A stretch of 64,000 nucleotides of DNA, from positions 1,823,696 to 1,887,695 of the forward strand of contig MU058540.1 in assembly GCA_013265495.1 (NCBI GenBank), read 5' to 3'. The position numbers were made by a program, and so were the translations under genes. Source of the DNA: Vicugna vicugna (Eukaryota). Below are positions 48,812 through 62,022 of the stretch, in pieces (position 1 is the first letter of the stretch; each line of letters begins with the position of its first letter). The notes beneath the pieces were generated by a model, which saw only the letters and a program-made list of their open reading frames with translations, made no database searches and was not told where the DNA came from.

Positions 48812-49129
48812 GAGCTCACCCACCTCCAAGCTCAGGTGGTGACTTGACTGATTCTTGTTCTTATTTTAAGGTAGTCTTAGAGCATCCCTTTCATGGCAGT
48901 TAGAGATTCTAGGTCCAGCCTTTTTCCAGACTAATATTTGAGACAATATGCTCTCTAAGGAGACCTTTTAGGGAGTTATTAGGAGCAAAAAAGAAAGCCT
49001 CAGTGTCTGATGCTTGCTTTTGGAACTCCCCTGACACCTTCGCTCAAATCAGTAATAGTTCCTTTCAGACTGTTGAGAATCCAGGATTAGTTTAAACCTG
49101 ACTACAGTTCCATCTTCCCCTCTCCTTCC

Positions 49130-49580
49130 TTGCATTCATTTGGTAGGTATTTATTGGGTACCTTCTATGGGCCAGTCTCTGTTCTAGGCACTAGGGATGA
49201 AGGAGTGAACAAAACAGATTAAAAAAAATCTCTTGTGCTCATGGTGGTTGTAGTGGGAAAAGGTCAGGGAGCCAGAATTAAGTAAACAGCAAATCAGATG
49301 GTGAGAAATGCTATATCAAAAAATAAAGTAGGAAAGAGGTCGTAGCACTTTTAAATAGAGGGCTTGAGGAAGGCCTCACTGAGAAGGTAATATTTGAGCT
49401 GAAAGAGGAGAGTGAGCCATGTGTGGGAAGAATCTTACAGGCAGAGGGAAAGCAAGTGCAAAGGACCTGAGGCAGGAACATGGCTGCTGTGTTTGAGGAG
49501 AAGTCAGGAGGTCAGGTGGCTGAGGTAGTGAGGGAGGACAACAATAGAAGATAAGATCAGAGACATTATATGGGGCACTT
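49130..49580 (-). mobile_element. L2 3' fragment
   Basis: 'cattcatttggtaggtatttattgggtaccttctatgggccag...gaacaaaacag'. Confidence 0.7.
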
Positions 49581-52500
49581 TCCCCTCCCTGCCTCCTTCC
49601 TCTCACGACCTCTTAGTCTTTATGTCTATGTTCCTCAGTTCCTTTTTGTAGAATATTCGTCACATCATACCTATGGAATATCATCAGGTAAACATAGTCA
49701 GCTTAAAATACTAGAAGAGGGGAAAAAAGCAACCTCCTCTTTCTGAATAATTAAAACCGTTCCACTGTCAGCATGTGAATGGAGCTGTGTGCCTAGAAAT
49801 CCCTGTTGGCTGCTCTCACCAGGTAGGTCTGGGTGGCTCCTGGGGGTCCTCACTTCCATCGCCCTCCTCCTCAGCCTCATGAAGGTGGCTACTTCTTTCC
49901 ACTCCCCACCCCCAGCCCTGGATCTGCGCAGTATGGAGTCCGCAGTGGCCCACCTGAAATGCTTTCTTAACAACCCCTCGTCTCCCTGCCCTTCCCTGGC
50001 AGGAGCTGCACCTCAGGGTGCCTTCTTTCCTGTTACTCAGCAAGGGGGCTGGGGGCCACTGGAGAAAGGGGCTGGAGCATGTGAGCTGGTGCCACTGCAC
50101 ATTGATGGCTGTCATTTGGGCTCCCAGCACTCATAAGCCCCCCACGTCCCTGAGCCACTTACTCTCCCATTCCTGGGAGTGGCCATTTCAAACCTCAGGA
50201 CTCTGCCTCCTCTAGGTCTTCACAGAGTTGCTTGGATTTCTAAGAATCAGATTCCAAAGGACAAGTAAGTCCAGCTTGAAAAGTCACTCTCCCCTGGGAT
50301 AGTGACCCCATGACAGTTGTAGTGCTCTGGCAACTTTCCAAAATGACATTCTGTCAGCTTCCTTGTCATCTAGGGGCTGGGTATAGATTGTCTCCATGGA
50401 TTAAATCTTCTGTGCCTATGTCCCTGATTTTATGGTTAGTCCTAGGTGACTCGGTCCAGAACCTGCTTTAAATCATGGCACCAACTAGATTGTCATTGAA
50501 AAATAAAAATTATTTGGTAATAAACAATAATTATTGAAAAATGAAAAATTTTTGGTAGTAAACAAAATGACTGGTAATAACTTCTGTCTCTCAAGTGAAA
50601 ATCACTAGGTAAATTCCCAAACTACAGAATGCAACCCGTCAAAATTGTATTAACACAGCCCTGTTTATATTCTGTTATGGTGTGTGATTTCTTTGACTTT
50701 TATTTTTGACATCTTAACACCCCGATGTATTTATGGCATCTACTTACAATTTCCCGTTCATAATCCTTGCCGTGTGCCATCTTTTAGAAAAATGTTTTGT
50801 CTCTTTTCTAGCCCATTCCCTGACCCAGTAGGCATATCTCCACCCAAGCCAAGTCCAGTCTGTCCTCTGCAAGCCTAGGGTGGCCTTGTCTTCTCCAGCA
50901 CTACCAGGAACATGTGTTTTGGGTTTATTTTTTTACCCCCACCCTGGGCACACTGTAGATAAGGAGTACCTGTCATGAGCTGGTTCCAGCACTCCCAGGG
51001 CTTCTGCCCACGTGCTGCTTTCTCTCTGTGGACTGCAGCCTGAACGTTGCCTTCCTTTCTGTTTTCTCCTTCCCTCATGAGAAAGAACCTTCAACCCATC
51101 CATCTGATGTTCTCTGTGAGCCAGAGACCTTGCTGAGTCACAAGGGAGCAGCCTGCCTTGCATGGTCACGTTCTCCGTCCTGATAGGTACTCATTAGCCA
51201 TCCTCAGAGATCTTCTCCCCAGGTTTTGGTTCCTTGATGGGCAAGTGCCTTGTGCAGAGATGCTCACTGGGCACTTGTTGGGTGGAAGGTGACTGGATGG
51301 CCAGCCTAAGAGGCCTTCTTCCCACCGAGTGGCCCTGGTACCAGCCTACACCAGGGCCTTGTCTGGGAAGTCATTTCACGGGGCAACAGTCAGACATCCA
51401 TAGAAGGAAACTTGAGCTGATGTGTCCACTCTCAGACTCCTTTCCCACTGGTTGCCCCTCCCTTTGGTTGAGGCTCAGTGGAGCCAACTGAGATTTTGGA
51501 CTTTGGCAGTGTTTCTCAGTTGCCTCCTCCTCCCCTCTTCCTCCACTGGAAATCTAGTAAGACTCCCTTCTCACTCCTCTGGCTTGGCACCTGCCATGGT
51601 ATATTACGGTGAAGTTACTGCCTGTGTGCTAGCCTCCAAGATTGGACTGTGGCTTCTTCAAGAGCTGGGCTTGTGTGTGTCTGATCACCTTCCTGTTCCC
51701 AGCAGAGGTCAGTAGATACGCAGTAGCTGAGTGGAATATGGCGCTCTTGTGTTGGATGTGCTGTGCTACTCACTTTATGCGCGTCACCTTGTTTAATCCA
51801 TACAACCTGAGAGGTACGGAATCATCGTACTACTTTTACAGATGAGGATCCTGAGGCTCAGACTGGTTAGGGAAGTTGCTGAAAGCTGCACAGCTGATGA
51901 GAGCTGAGATTTGAACCCAGGTGATTAGAACCTGCTTCTTTGATCACCACACAACAGGGCCTCCCCACAGAAGACTGTCTGGCTGAATCTAATTCTTCCA
52001 GTTTGGAAAGTACCTGCTTGACTGACCAGACTAATGTTGGCTTCAGAGAACACTCTCTGCTTTCCAGCACAGCAGAGTCCCATGGTCACTGAGCAGAAGC
52101 GAAGCATTGGTAGGCTTTGGGGCCCCTTGCAGAGTCTCATTTCAGGTCAGTGGGCAGAGGAGGCCCTGAGAATGGCTGGGCTTAGTGGCTCCCTGAATCT
52201 GCTCAAGGCAGTGAGCAGCCCCTAGAACCGTGAGAAATAACCAGCCAACTGGTGGGCCAGCCATGTAGGATGGGAAGGACTGGTAGGAGCAAAAAACAAT
52301 CACTGCCCCGAGTGATTAATCAGCTTGCTTTCTGTCTGGTGAAGGGTGAGGAGAAAGAGAAGATGGCGCAGATGTGTACATATGGAGAGAAGGAAGGGAA
52401 ATCGCCTTAATTCAGATTCTCCCTTGGGCCAAGCATTACCCCACGGAGGAACTCACTTGCCCTCACACCAGCCTGCAAGATGTGGGTATTGATATTCCCA

Positions 52501-53389
52501 TTTAACAGATGAGGAGGTGTAAGATCAGAGAGGTTGAATAACTCACTCAAGTCACACAGCTGACAGATGATGGCGCTGGGATTTGAGTCCTTTGGAGCCC
52601 TTGTTCTTTTCAACTCAGTGACTGCTCTTCCTGCTCATGTCATGTTAGCCTGGACTTTTCCGGGCACTTCAAATGGGTGCCGGCTGCATCCACAGGCTGT
52701 GAGAAGAGACAGAAGGGGAATCAGGGCTCATGGCACCTGTCCTGCTCAGCAACACAGGCCCTACCTAGGCCAGCAAGACTCACTGGACTCAAACCAGCCA
52801 GTAGCATTACATTTTTCTCTTTTCTTGCACCTTACCATCCCTGGTTTATTTTTAGAGAGCTATATTTATTTTTGCTCCCACTTCCTGTCTGGAGGCATGG
52901 GTTGGGGTGCAAAGAAGGCATAGCAAATCAGAAAAGGTAGGCATAGGTGGCATCTTAGTGGTGGCGTTGGCTGGGCTCTGGGGGCTGTGCCACCTGCCTA
53001 CCTTGATGTCCTCTCCGCCCAGCTGAAGGCGTGGAGAATCCTGGGCAGAGTGACAGACACACTCTTCATTTCTCTCGCGTCTCAGAAGGGAATGAGTTTT
53101 CCCCTGGAGCAGAACAGCAAGTAGCATGTGGCACTCTTTGTATTTCTAGCTCACTGGCTGTTTCTGAGGATAAGAACTTTGAGGGAATATGAGGTACTGG
53201 TTAAGAGCCAGACTGTCTGGGACTAAGTTCTGGCTTCGCTAGTGGCCTTGGGCAATTCACTTTATCCCTCTGTGGCTTTCTCATCTGTAAAGTGAGGGGT
53301 GGGGAAGTATAGACCCTACCCCTCAGGGATGCCTTTAGGATTGAAAGAGCCCATTCACACAAAGGCACAGAGGACTCGTTGAGCATTGA

Positions 53390-53437
53390 ATGTTTTATTG
53401 TTAGCATGTTTTATTGTTAGCATGTTTTATTGTTAGC
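53390..53437. repeat. Perfect 16-bp tandem repeat x3 (ATGTTTTATTGTTAGC) at the 3' end of a MIR
   Basis: Identical units at 53390, 53406 and 53422. Confidence 0.95.
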
Positions 53438-54290
53438 ATGTCTCTGGATCCTGTACAGCACCTTAGGTGCATGCCAGTAAATGTTGGTTGGACTGAATAG
53501 AACTTCAAGATTGTTTGTCTTCCTCTTTGCATCTGAGTGTTGGCTGGAGCAAGTGTTGACTCCAGTCAGTGATTGCCTTCTGTACCTTTCTGAGGCTCTG
53601 GCCATTGGATGTGAGCTCTGGAGAGGTTGGGGCCCGTGTCCCAGGGATGTAGACACTGCCGTGTGGGTCTGGGTGGTTGGGCCTGAGGTTTTGGAGGAGG
53701 CACTTGCTGCTGGCTAACTATTTATCTAGCTAGTAACAGTGAAAGACACCTATGGGAACTTGTATTTGGGGGCTTAGAAATTAATCAGATACTACCACTG
53801 GCCAGAATTCCCATTTGGGAAACTCCTTTCTAGGATGTGGAGCTGGTACTTGAGCACAAGAATTCCCATGTGTGTGGTTTTTAATTTATTTTAAAATGTT
53901 TTAATTATATAAATAATGCTTATTCATTATAGACAATTAGAGAATGCAGATAATCACTGAGAAGAAAATAAAAGTCATACTCCAATGCATCCATGGTAAA
54001 TTAATCTGTGACAAGGGAGTCAAGAACATATATATCGGAGAAAAGACGATCTCTTCAAGTGGTGTTGGGAAAACTGGACAGCTTCATGTAGAACAATGAG
54101 ATTAGAATATTCCCTCATACCATGTACAGAAATAAACTCAAAGTGGTTTAAAGACTGAAATGTAAGACCTGAAACCATAAAATTCCTAGAAGAGAGCATA
54201 GGCAGAGCACCCTTTGACATCAATTGTAGCAATTTTTTTTTCCAGGTTAGTTTCCTAAGTCAAAAGAAATAAAAGCAAAAATAAATGGGA

Positions 54291-54396
54291 GGGGAGAGGG
54301 TATAGCTCAGTGGTAGAGTGCATGCTTAGCATGCATGAGGTCCTGGATTCAATCCCTAGTACCTCCATTAAAAATAAATAAACAAATAAATAAACA
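54291..54396 (+). mobile_element. tRNA-Ala-derived SINE nested in L1
   Basis: GGGTATAGCTCAGTGGTAGAGTGCATGCTTAGCATGCATGAGGTCCTGGATTCAATCCCTAGTACCTCCA plus (AAAT)n. Confidence 0.9.
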
Positions 54397-55467
54397 AGCA
54401 AATGAGACCTACTTAAACTTAAAAGCTTTTACACAGCAAAGGAAACCACTGACAAAATGAAAAAACCTATGGAATGGGAGAGAATATTTGCAGATGATGT
54501 GACTGACAAGGGGTTAGTATACAAAATGTATAAACAGCTCATGCAACTCAATATCAAAAACACAAAGAACCCAGTCAAAAAATGGTCAAAAGACCTGAAT
54601 AGACATTTTTTCCAAGAAAGATATACAGATGGCTAACAGATGCTGAACATTACTAACTCTAGAGAAATACAAATCAAAACAACAATGGGATATCACCTCA
54701 CACCTGTCAGAATGGCTATCACCAAAAGTCTACAAACAACAAGTGTTGGAGAGGATGTGGAGAAAAGGAAACCCTGTACACTGTTGGTTGGAATGTAAAT
54801 TGGAGCAGCTACCATGGAAAACAGTATGGAGGTTCCTCAAAAAACTAAAAATACAACTACCATATGATCCAGCAATTCCATTCCTGTGTATATATCAGGA
54901 AAAACAAAAACACTAATTCAAAAAGATTCATGCACCTCAGTGTTCATAACAGCACTGTTTACCATAGCCAAGACATGGAAGCAACCTAAATGTCCATCAA
55001 CAAATAGTGGATTTAAAAGATGTGGTATATAGATATGATGGAATATTACTCAGCCATAAAAAGAATGAAACCCTGCCACTTGCAGTAATGAATGGACCTA
55101 GAGAATATTATGCTTAGTGAAATAAGTCAGACAGAGAAAGACAAATACTGTATATCACTTATATGTAGAATCAAAAAAATAATACAAAATGAATGTATAT
55201 GCAAAACAGAAACAGACTCACAGATAGGGAAAACAAACTTGTGGTTACCAAAGGGGAGAGATGCGAGAGGGACAAATTAGGAATGTGGGATTAACAGATG
55301 TAAACTATTATACATAAAATAGTTATGTTGTTTGACACAGGAAATTATAGCTTTATCTTGTAATAACTTATAATGGAGTATAATCTGCAAAAATACTGAA
55401 TCACTATGCTGCACAACTGAAACTAATACAGTATTGTAAATCAAGTATACTTCATTCATTGATTTTT

Positions 55468-55670
55468 TAATTGATTTCAGAGGTAGCAAATATGTTTGCT
55501 GTTATATATGTTAACTTTGTGTATAGGTCTTTCATTAAACAGGAATTGTACATTTTAGGTGGGCGGTAATTAGGTTTATTTATTTATTTAATGGAGGTAT
55601 TGGGGATTGAACCCAGGACCATATATATGCTAAGTATGTACTCTACCACTAAGTCATACCCACCCCCCCA
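55468..55670 (-). mobile_element. tRNA-Ala-derived SINE (long-tail form) with ~90-bp unique 3' extension
   Basis: SINE body ~55558-55670; 13/14 direct repeat at 55454-55467 and 55671-55684. Confidence 0.75.
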
Positions 55671-57544
55671 ATTCACTGATTTTTAAAAGTCATACATAAT
55701 CACACCATCCATAAGTGACTGCTGTAAATTTTGTTTTATATTTGTTCATTCATTCATTCATCTATTAATTAATTTATTATTATTTTTTGGTAGAGAATGT
55801 GGGCAATGATCTCTAGCAAGCCAAAGTGTGTTCTTTTAGATTTTACTATGGCTATGTATACGTATTCTTTTTTCTTTCAAAAATGGCATATTGGTTAGCA
55901 TTCAGTTTTGTGACTTGCTTTTCCCATTATTCAAGTGGTTTCATTATGTCTCTGCTTCCTGGCTTTCCTTGTCCTTTATGAGTGAGCAAAGGAAACCATT
56001 TTACCCAAAGGGAGGAGGCGCGTGGGAGGAGCCATCTGGTTGTTCATTGGTGTAGTTGCTTAAAGGGTGGAGGGCTGAGAGGTGCATGCAGGATGTCTGC
56101 CTCTCCCATCCGTGTTGCTCTCTACCCATCCCCCATCTGCTCTCCGTACCACCCCTCTGTCTTTCTTTTTCCTTCCATACCAACCCAGAAAAGGCTACTG
56201 CCTCCACTCTGAAGGTTTCTTTCCATGGCTTTTAGGGAGAAACCTCTCAGGAGCTCAGAAAAAAGGTACACAGAGGAGAGATGGGAAGAGTCATTCCTGG
56301 GCTGGGGTGGGGTCTTGGAAAGAGTGACAGGAGGTCCTGGGCCATTGGCTCTGTCTGGAAGCAGTGAGAAGAAACTGGGTATTAGGTTGAGGGGGTGGTC
56401 AGGGCAGGGAGCAGATGGCTGTGGGCACTTCTTGCAGAGACAGCAAGCAGGATGGCCAGGAAGAGGCCTAGAGAGTTTATAAGGGGCTGGGATTTAGGCC
56501 AGAAATAGGGGAGAAGGAGTAGGTCTCAATGGGACACACTCCTTCACCGCAGCCCTGCTCTTTCCATGAACCTCTGCTGGGCTGCCTTCACCATCTGGCA
56601 GTGCCTGGCCAGGTAGTTTGGCAGGTCTGGCACACCTGACCACCATGCCCTGCTGACACCTCTGGGCCAGCAGCTGCTCCGTGGCACCTCCCTGGGGAGT
56701 AGGTGGGGAATCTGAGCATATAGTCAGGCAGGGGGAAGATGTTCCCAGCATCCTTAGAATTGACAGCTCAGATTCTGTTCTAGAAAAAGCTCAGAACCAG
56801 GGAGAAAATGAATCTGGGGTGTTCTGGAAGGAATACGCTCTGCCTCCCCTTTACTTCTTACTGGATGAAATGGGATCTCTGGCAGTAGGTGAGGAGAAGG
56901 CCTCTCTGAGTCCTGATGGGGAGTGAGACTTGGCATCTCAGCTCTTTTCTGGTCACTCTGGCTGGTGTTTCATGGCAGGGCCAGGAATTCACGCTTATAA
57001 GCAGGACGATTTCCATCAGCTGTGTTCCTATGGCCTCACTGGGTCTTTCTTGTTTTCCTGCAGATCTCAGTCCTGATGTGACCTGGTCAATACCCTCTGG
57101 GCTGCAGAGCAGGGTGCTTCCTGTTTGTCCCCTCAAAGCCTGCACTGCTCCTCTCCCTTCCTCCACTCTTGAGCTATAATTAAGTTCCTGTGTGAAGCCA
57201 TATCCCTCAGCTGACACACACATGTAACCGCAGCCCTGGTCATTGGGCCGCTCCACTGGGGTGACTCTCGGGTCTGGTGTCAAAGCCTCCAGGCAGTCTT
57301 GGGTAGGTCTGAGTAGGTGGTGGAGACTCACTGGGAAAGGCGTTGCCCAAGAGTCAGAAATTGGGAAGTCATGGGGAAGATGAAGGACCGGGGAGCAGCC
57401 AGAGGGCCAGCTCACAGAGGTGGAGGGGAAGGACGCAGCCTTGCGGGCAGGAGGGCACCGACAGGGACAAGATTCTGGATCCCTGAGCCGTGAGGCAGAA
57501 TGTGAGCATTTCTTTTATTTTCTATTCTGTGTATGTCTGTAGCA

Positions 57545-58840
57545 TTTTAAAATTGGGATATACTTCGTATAACATAAAATTCACCAGAATATGCACTTAA
57601 GTGGTGTTTGGTATATTTAGTGTGTTGTACAGTCATTGGTGCTGTCTAATTTCATAACATTTCCATCAACCCCAAAACAAACCTTGTACCCACAAGTAGT
57701 TAGTCCCAGCCACCTCCCTTCTCTGGCAGACACTAGTCTACTATCCTCTATGGAGGTTCTGATGTTGGACATTTCATATAAATGGAATCATACAATATGT
57801 GGCCTTTTGTGTCTGGCTTCTTTCACTTAACATGATGTTTTCAAAGTTCATCCATGTTGTAGCATGTACCAGTCCTTTATTCCTTTTGATGGCTGAATAA
57901 TATTCCATTGTATGGATAATACCACATTTTGTTTATTCATTCATCATTTGGTGGACATTTGGGTTGTTTCCATTTTTTGGCTTCTGTGAACATTCATTTA
58001 CAGACTTCTGTGTAGACATATGCTTTAAGTTCTTTTGGGATTTTACCTCGAATGGAATTGCTGGATCATATAGTAGTTCTGTGTTTAACATTTTGAAGTA
58101 CCAAACTGTTTTCCAAAGTGGCTGTACCATGCCCTCACTCACTTATTGTTTGTTTATTATGTTTATTGGCTATGTATTTTTAATTATAAAACATGCATAA
58201 CAAAAGTTACCATTTTAACCATTTTTTAAATGTACATTTAGTGGCATTAAGTACCTTCACATTGTTGTACAACCATCACTACCATCCATCTCTAGAACTT
58301 TATTTTGCAAAAATGAAACTTTGTACCCTAGATAATAACTCTCCTTTTCATCCCCTCCAGCCCACCTCCCAGCTTCTGGCAACCACCATTCTACCTTCTG
58401 TCTCTAGAATGAGAGGACTCTAAATCCATCACATAAGTAGAATCATACAGTAGTTGTCCTTTTGTGACTGGCTAATGTTATTTATAATGCTTCAAGGCTC
58501 ACCTGTGTTGTATGTAGCATGTGTCAGAATTTCCTTCCTTTTTAAGGTGAATAATATTCCATTTTGTGTATATTTCACATTTTGTTTATCCATTCATCTG
58601 TTGATGACTCATTCATCTGTTCCTTTCCCCTTTTAGCTATTGCGAATGTACTGGTGTAAACTTGGATGTACGAGTATCTGTGCATGTCCCTGTGTTCAGT
58701 TCTTTTGGGTATGTACCTAGAAGTAGAATTCTAGGTTATATGATAATTCTATTTTTAATTTTTTAAGGAACCACCATACTGTTTTCCATAGTGGCTGCAT
58801 CATTTTACATTCCCACCAGCAGTGTACAAGGGTTCCCGTG
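57545..58840 (-). mobile_element. Two adjacent L1MB-like 3' fragments
   Basis: L1 3'-end motifs occur twice (about 57545-58130 and 58170-58840). Confidence 0.8.
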
Positions 58841-59189
58841 CCCTCCCTCTCGATTGGTAGCTTGGTTGAGTATAGAAGCTGAATTTTGAGATTACTGTTC
58901 CATGTTCAGTATGAATAATGAAGTTAGCAGGATTCCAAGTGCTTTGTAAGTAATCTGTTTTTTCCTCTCTGAAAGATGTAAGCATTTTCTTTATTCTTAG
59001 AATTCAGACTTGTCACCAGGATATATCTAGGTATTTGTCTTCTTTCCTTAATTTCTGTAGAGCCCTTAATTGCTGAAGACAAGTCTTTTGGGATCTCCAG
59101 GAAATTTTCTTACTTGTTTTCCTTCATTGTCTCTATCCTCTGCTACTAGGACTCTTGTTAGATAGACTTTGGATTTATTGCTTCATTGC

Positions 59190-59480
59190 TAATGTGTAAA
59201 AAAATGATTAATTTTTATATATTGATCTTATATTCTTCAACCTTAGTTGAAGAATTATTAGTTCTAATAGATTTTTTTAGTGGATTTCTTAGGATTTTCT
59301 ACATGTAAGATCATGGTATCTGCTAGTAGAGAGAGTTTTACTGTCCTCTCTAATCTGGATAACTTTTATTTCTTCCTCTTACATAATTGCCCTGGCTGGA
59401 ATCTCCAGTACTGAATAAAAGTGGTAAAAGTGGACATCCTTGTCTTGCTTCTGATCTTAGGAGGAAAGCTTTCAGTCTTT
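59190..59480 (-). mobile_element. L1 ORF2 internal fragment
   Basis: 'gtggacatccttgtcttgcttctgatcttaggaggaaagctttcagt' (antisense RT region). Confidence 0.75.
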
Positions 59481-59505
59481 CAGAACTGCTTATTTTTGAA
59501 TTGAT

Positions 59506-59646
59506 TTTTTTTTTGCGGGTGGGGGTGGGTAATTAGATTTATTTATTTATTATTATTATTTTTTTAATGGAGGTACTGGGAATCGAACCCAGGACCTCAT
59601 GCATACTAAGCATGTGCTCTACCACTTGAGTTATACCCTCCCTCCC
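59506..59646 (-). mobile_element. tRNA-Ala-derived SINE (long-tail form) with 9-bp TSD
   Basis: TSD TGAATTGAT at 59497-59505 and 59647-59655; B box GGTTCGATTCC on the - strand. Confidence 0.9.
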
Positions 59647-61845
59647 TGAATTGATAATTCTTGTAGTGCTACACAACTCAGAAGGTATTCTCTCTTTCCT
59701 TCCCGGTCTCTCAGCTGCCCAGCCCTGCTGATGGAAGCAGCCCTCTTAGCCACTCTCATTTATGAGCATGCACCTACATATTTTCTGTTCTGTGATTATC
59801 TGCTGTACTCACTGGTCTGCCCCTTGCTGCACAGGTTGTGTCTGGTGCATCTTTGCATACCAGTGAGCGTGGAGCTTCCTCATTCTTTTTCACTGCTCCC
59901 TCCTGTCCTGTGTGGGTGTACCATCCCCGTTTACGGATGGGCTTGCAGGTGATTTCCACTCTAATGCGCAATGAGTAACCTTGGCATGTATCATTTTACA
60001 CACAGATAAAGAAACAAATTGATACAGTATGACAGATGCAGTGATGGAGATGTGTGTGTGTGGCAAAACTGTGGAGTGGAAGAGGAGGCTTCCAGAGGAG
60101 GCTGGTTGACCCTGCCTTCAGAAAGGCTCAGAGTGAGCATTTGGCATTTGGGGTGGGCCTTGCAGGCAGGGCAGACTTGGAGCAGGCTGAGATGTTGTAG
60201 AAGGGCAAATGTGAGTAAAATTAGAGCGACAGCTCAGATGTGATTGGGGAAATCAAGAGTGTTAGTTATCTATTGCTTCATAATAAATTACCCCCAAGCT
60301 TAGTGGCTTAAAACGACATTCATGATCTTGCAGTTTCTGTGGGTCAGGAGGCAGTTGCACTAGGGCCTGAATACCAGGAGGTAGGTGTTTTTATGAGTCA
60401 TTTTAGAAGGCTGCCTCTAGTAGCAAGTTGTAGTGAGGTTGGGATTGGCTGGAGCAGGCGAAGGTAGCAAGATGGAGTCATTATTGTAGATAATCTTGCA
60501 TGCCTGGCTGAGAAGTTGGGCTTGATGTGAGAATGTGGGAGCCATGGAAGGTCTTTGAGCAGGGGCATAATGTGATAGCTGTTATCTAGGACAGTTAATC
60601 TGCCAGCATTATACCAGAGGGCTCAAAATGGAGAGCTGTACACAGGCAGAGACTTAGGTTAGGAGAGGGCTGTATTAACCTTGGTGAAAAATTTCTGGGC
60701 TATAGTAACAGTGCCTCCGTATTGAGCACGTTCTCTGTACTGTGTAGTTTGACTATATTTTCTCCTATCTTGCATCTTTAAAATGACCACAAAAAGGTGT
60801 TACTGTGGTGTATTGTTTGCAGCTGAGGAAAATAAGGCTCAGAAAGGTTAAGAAACTCACCTATGGTGCATAATGAGTAAGTTGCAGAGCAGCCCTCAGG
60901 TCTACCTGGCCTTGAGGACCATGCCTTTGGGTGGTGAGGGGAGTGGAAAGATGGAGTGACTGTGGAGGCGAGGTCTTGGCCCTTCCCTGGATGCTAAAGG
61001 GAGATGGAAGAGTCAGAGGTTGATTTTTTTGAATCTGTGGCTAGGACAAAGGTGACACTGTAACAGGAAGAAGAGAGGCCAGAGGGAAGGCCAAGGTGAG
61101 TCATCCTGGAACACTGGGTGCTTGTTGGCAGGGTCCTTCCCAATTATAGGGGATCGCAAATAGTTCCCAGACTTTGTGTATGGAGATGTGCCCTGGGCCA
61201 AAACGGGCTGTGAAGTGGGAGCTTCTTGGTCATAGAGTTCTGTGAGGTTGTTGTTTGTTTGAATACTGGGTTTACATATTCCCTCAGCAGTCTGAGTGAG
61301 GCCTCTGCCACATTCTAGAGGTCAGAGCAGTCCCTGGGCCAGCCCAGATTCCAGGAGGGAGGAGTTGCAGGGGTAGCCAGCTTTAATCCACTGACAGCCT
61401 GTGATGGAGAGCAGGGATTTGAACCCTGATCTGTGTGACTCAGACCCAGGGCTCTTTCTGCCACACCACTGCATGCCTTTCTGCTTCTGACTCCTTAGGG
61501 CCTGCAGAGCTTGCTGGCTCACCAGTGTTGTTGGAGAGAATTGATTTTTATTTTGGCTTCCCAGGGCAGAAGTTGCACTGGTCACCTCGTTTTCACAGGT
61601 TAGCATCCGAGATCACTGCACCTGAAAGAACCTTCCAAAATAGGCTTTGTCCCAAGGCTCTACTGGCTGCCCCCCAGGCTTTTCCACACTGATCGCTGGA
61701 CATCCATGGACTTTCCCCATGGAGTTTCCCCTTCTGCAGTTAGCAGCCTTTTGACCCATAGTGCTGGCCCCATGGGGTCCCTGCAGCATTGCAGCCAGAT
61801 GTGCAGGCTGGCCGTGGTGTAAGTTGTCCCAGATGGTGTCTAGTC

Positions 61846-62022
61846 CAGTGTTTCCCAGACAAGGTTCAGCTGGCAGATTCACCAGGGAGTTTTGGAAGAA
61901 ATGTAGTTTCCTGGGTCTTGTCTCAGACCTCTTGAATTAGAATTTCTGGAAATGAAGTCCAGGAATCTGCATTTTAAAGTTCCCCATTGACCTGAGGGGG
62001 CAACTTGGTTGAGGAACCACTG
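61846..62022. mobile_element. MER5A-like hAT MITE
   Basis: CAGTGTTTCCCA ... GAGGAACCACTG ends; 'caggaatctgcattttaa'. Confidence 0.7.

Larger units (their letters stand above)
53981..55683 (+). mobile_element. 5'-truncated L1 (decayed ORF2 3' part and 3'UTR) with 12-bp TSD and two nested SINEs
   Basis: TSD TAAAAGTCATAC at 53969-53980 and 55684-55695; classic ORF2 3' motifs. Confidence 0.9.

Noticed and set aside
49101..49114. ACTACAGTTCCATC, partial ZNF143/ZNF76 binding motif
   Set aside because: Lacks the TCCCA core and is not at a promoter
54296..54367. tRNA-Ala(AGC)-like gene (also the five other copies)
   Set aside because: A-rich tails, TSDs or nesting inside other repeats, and degenerate stems/B box show these are SINEs, not tRNA genes
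55092..55280. ORF MDLENIMLSEISQTEKDKYC (and 23434..23643, 54020..54232, 57933..58142)
   Set aside because: Translations of decayed L1 sequence, not host genes
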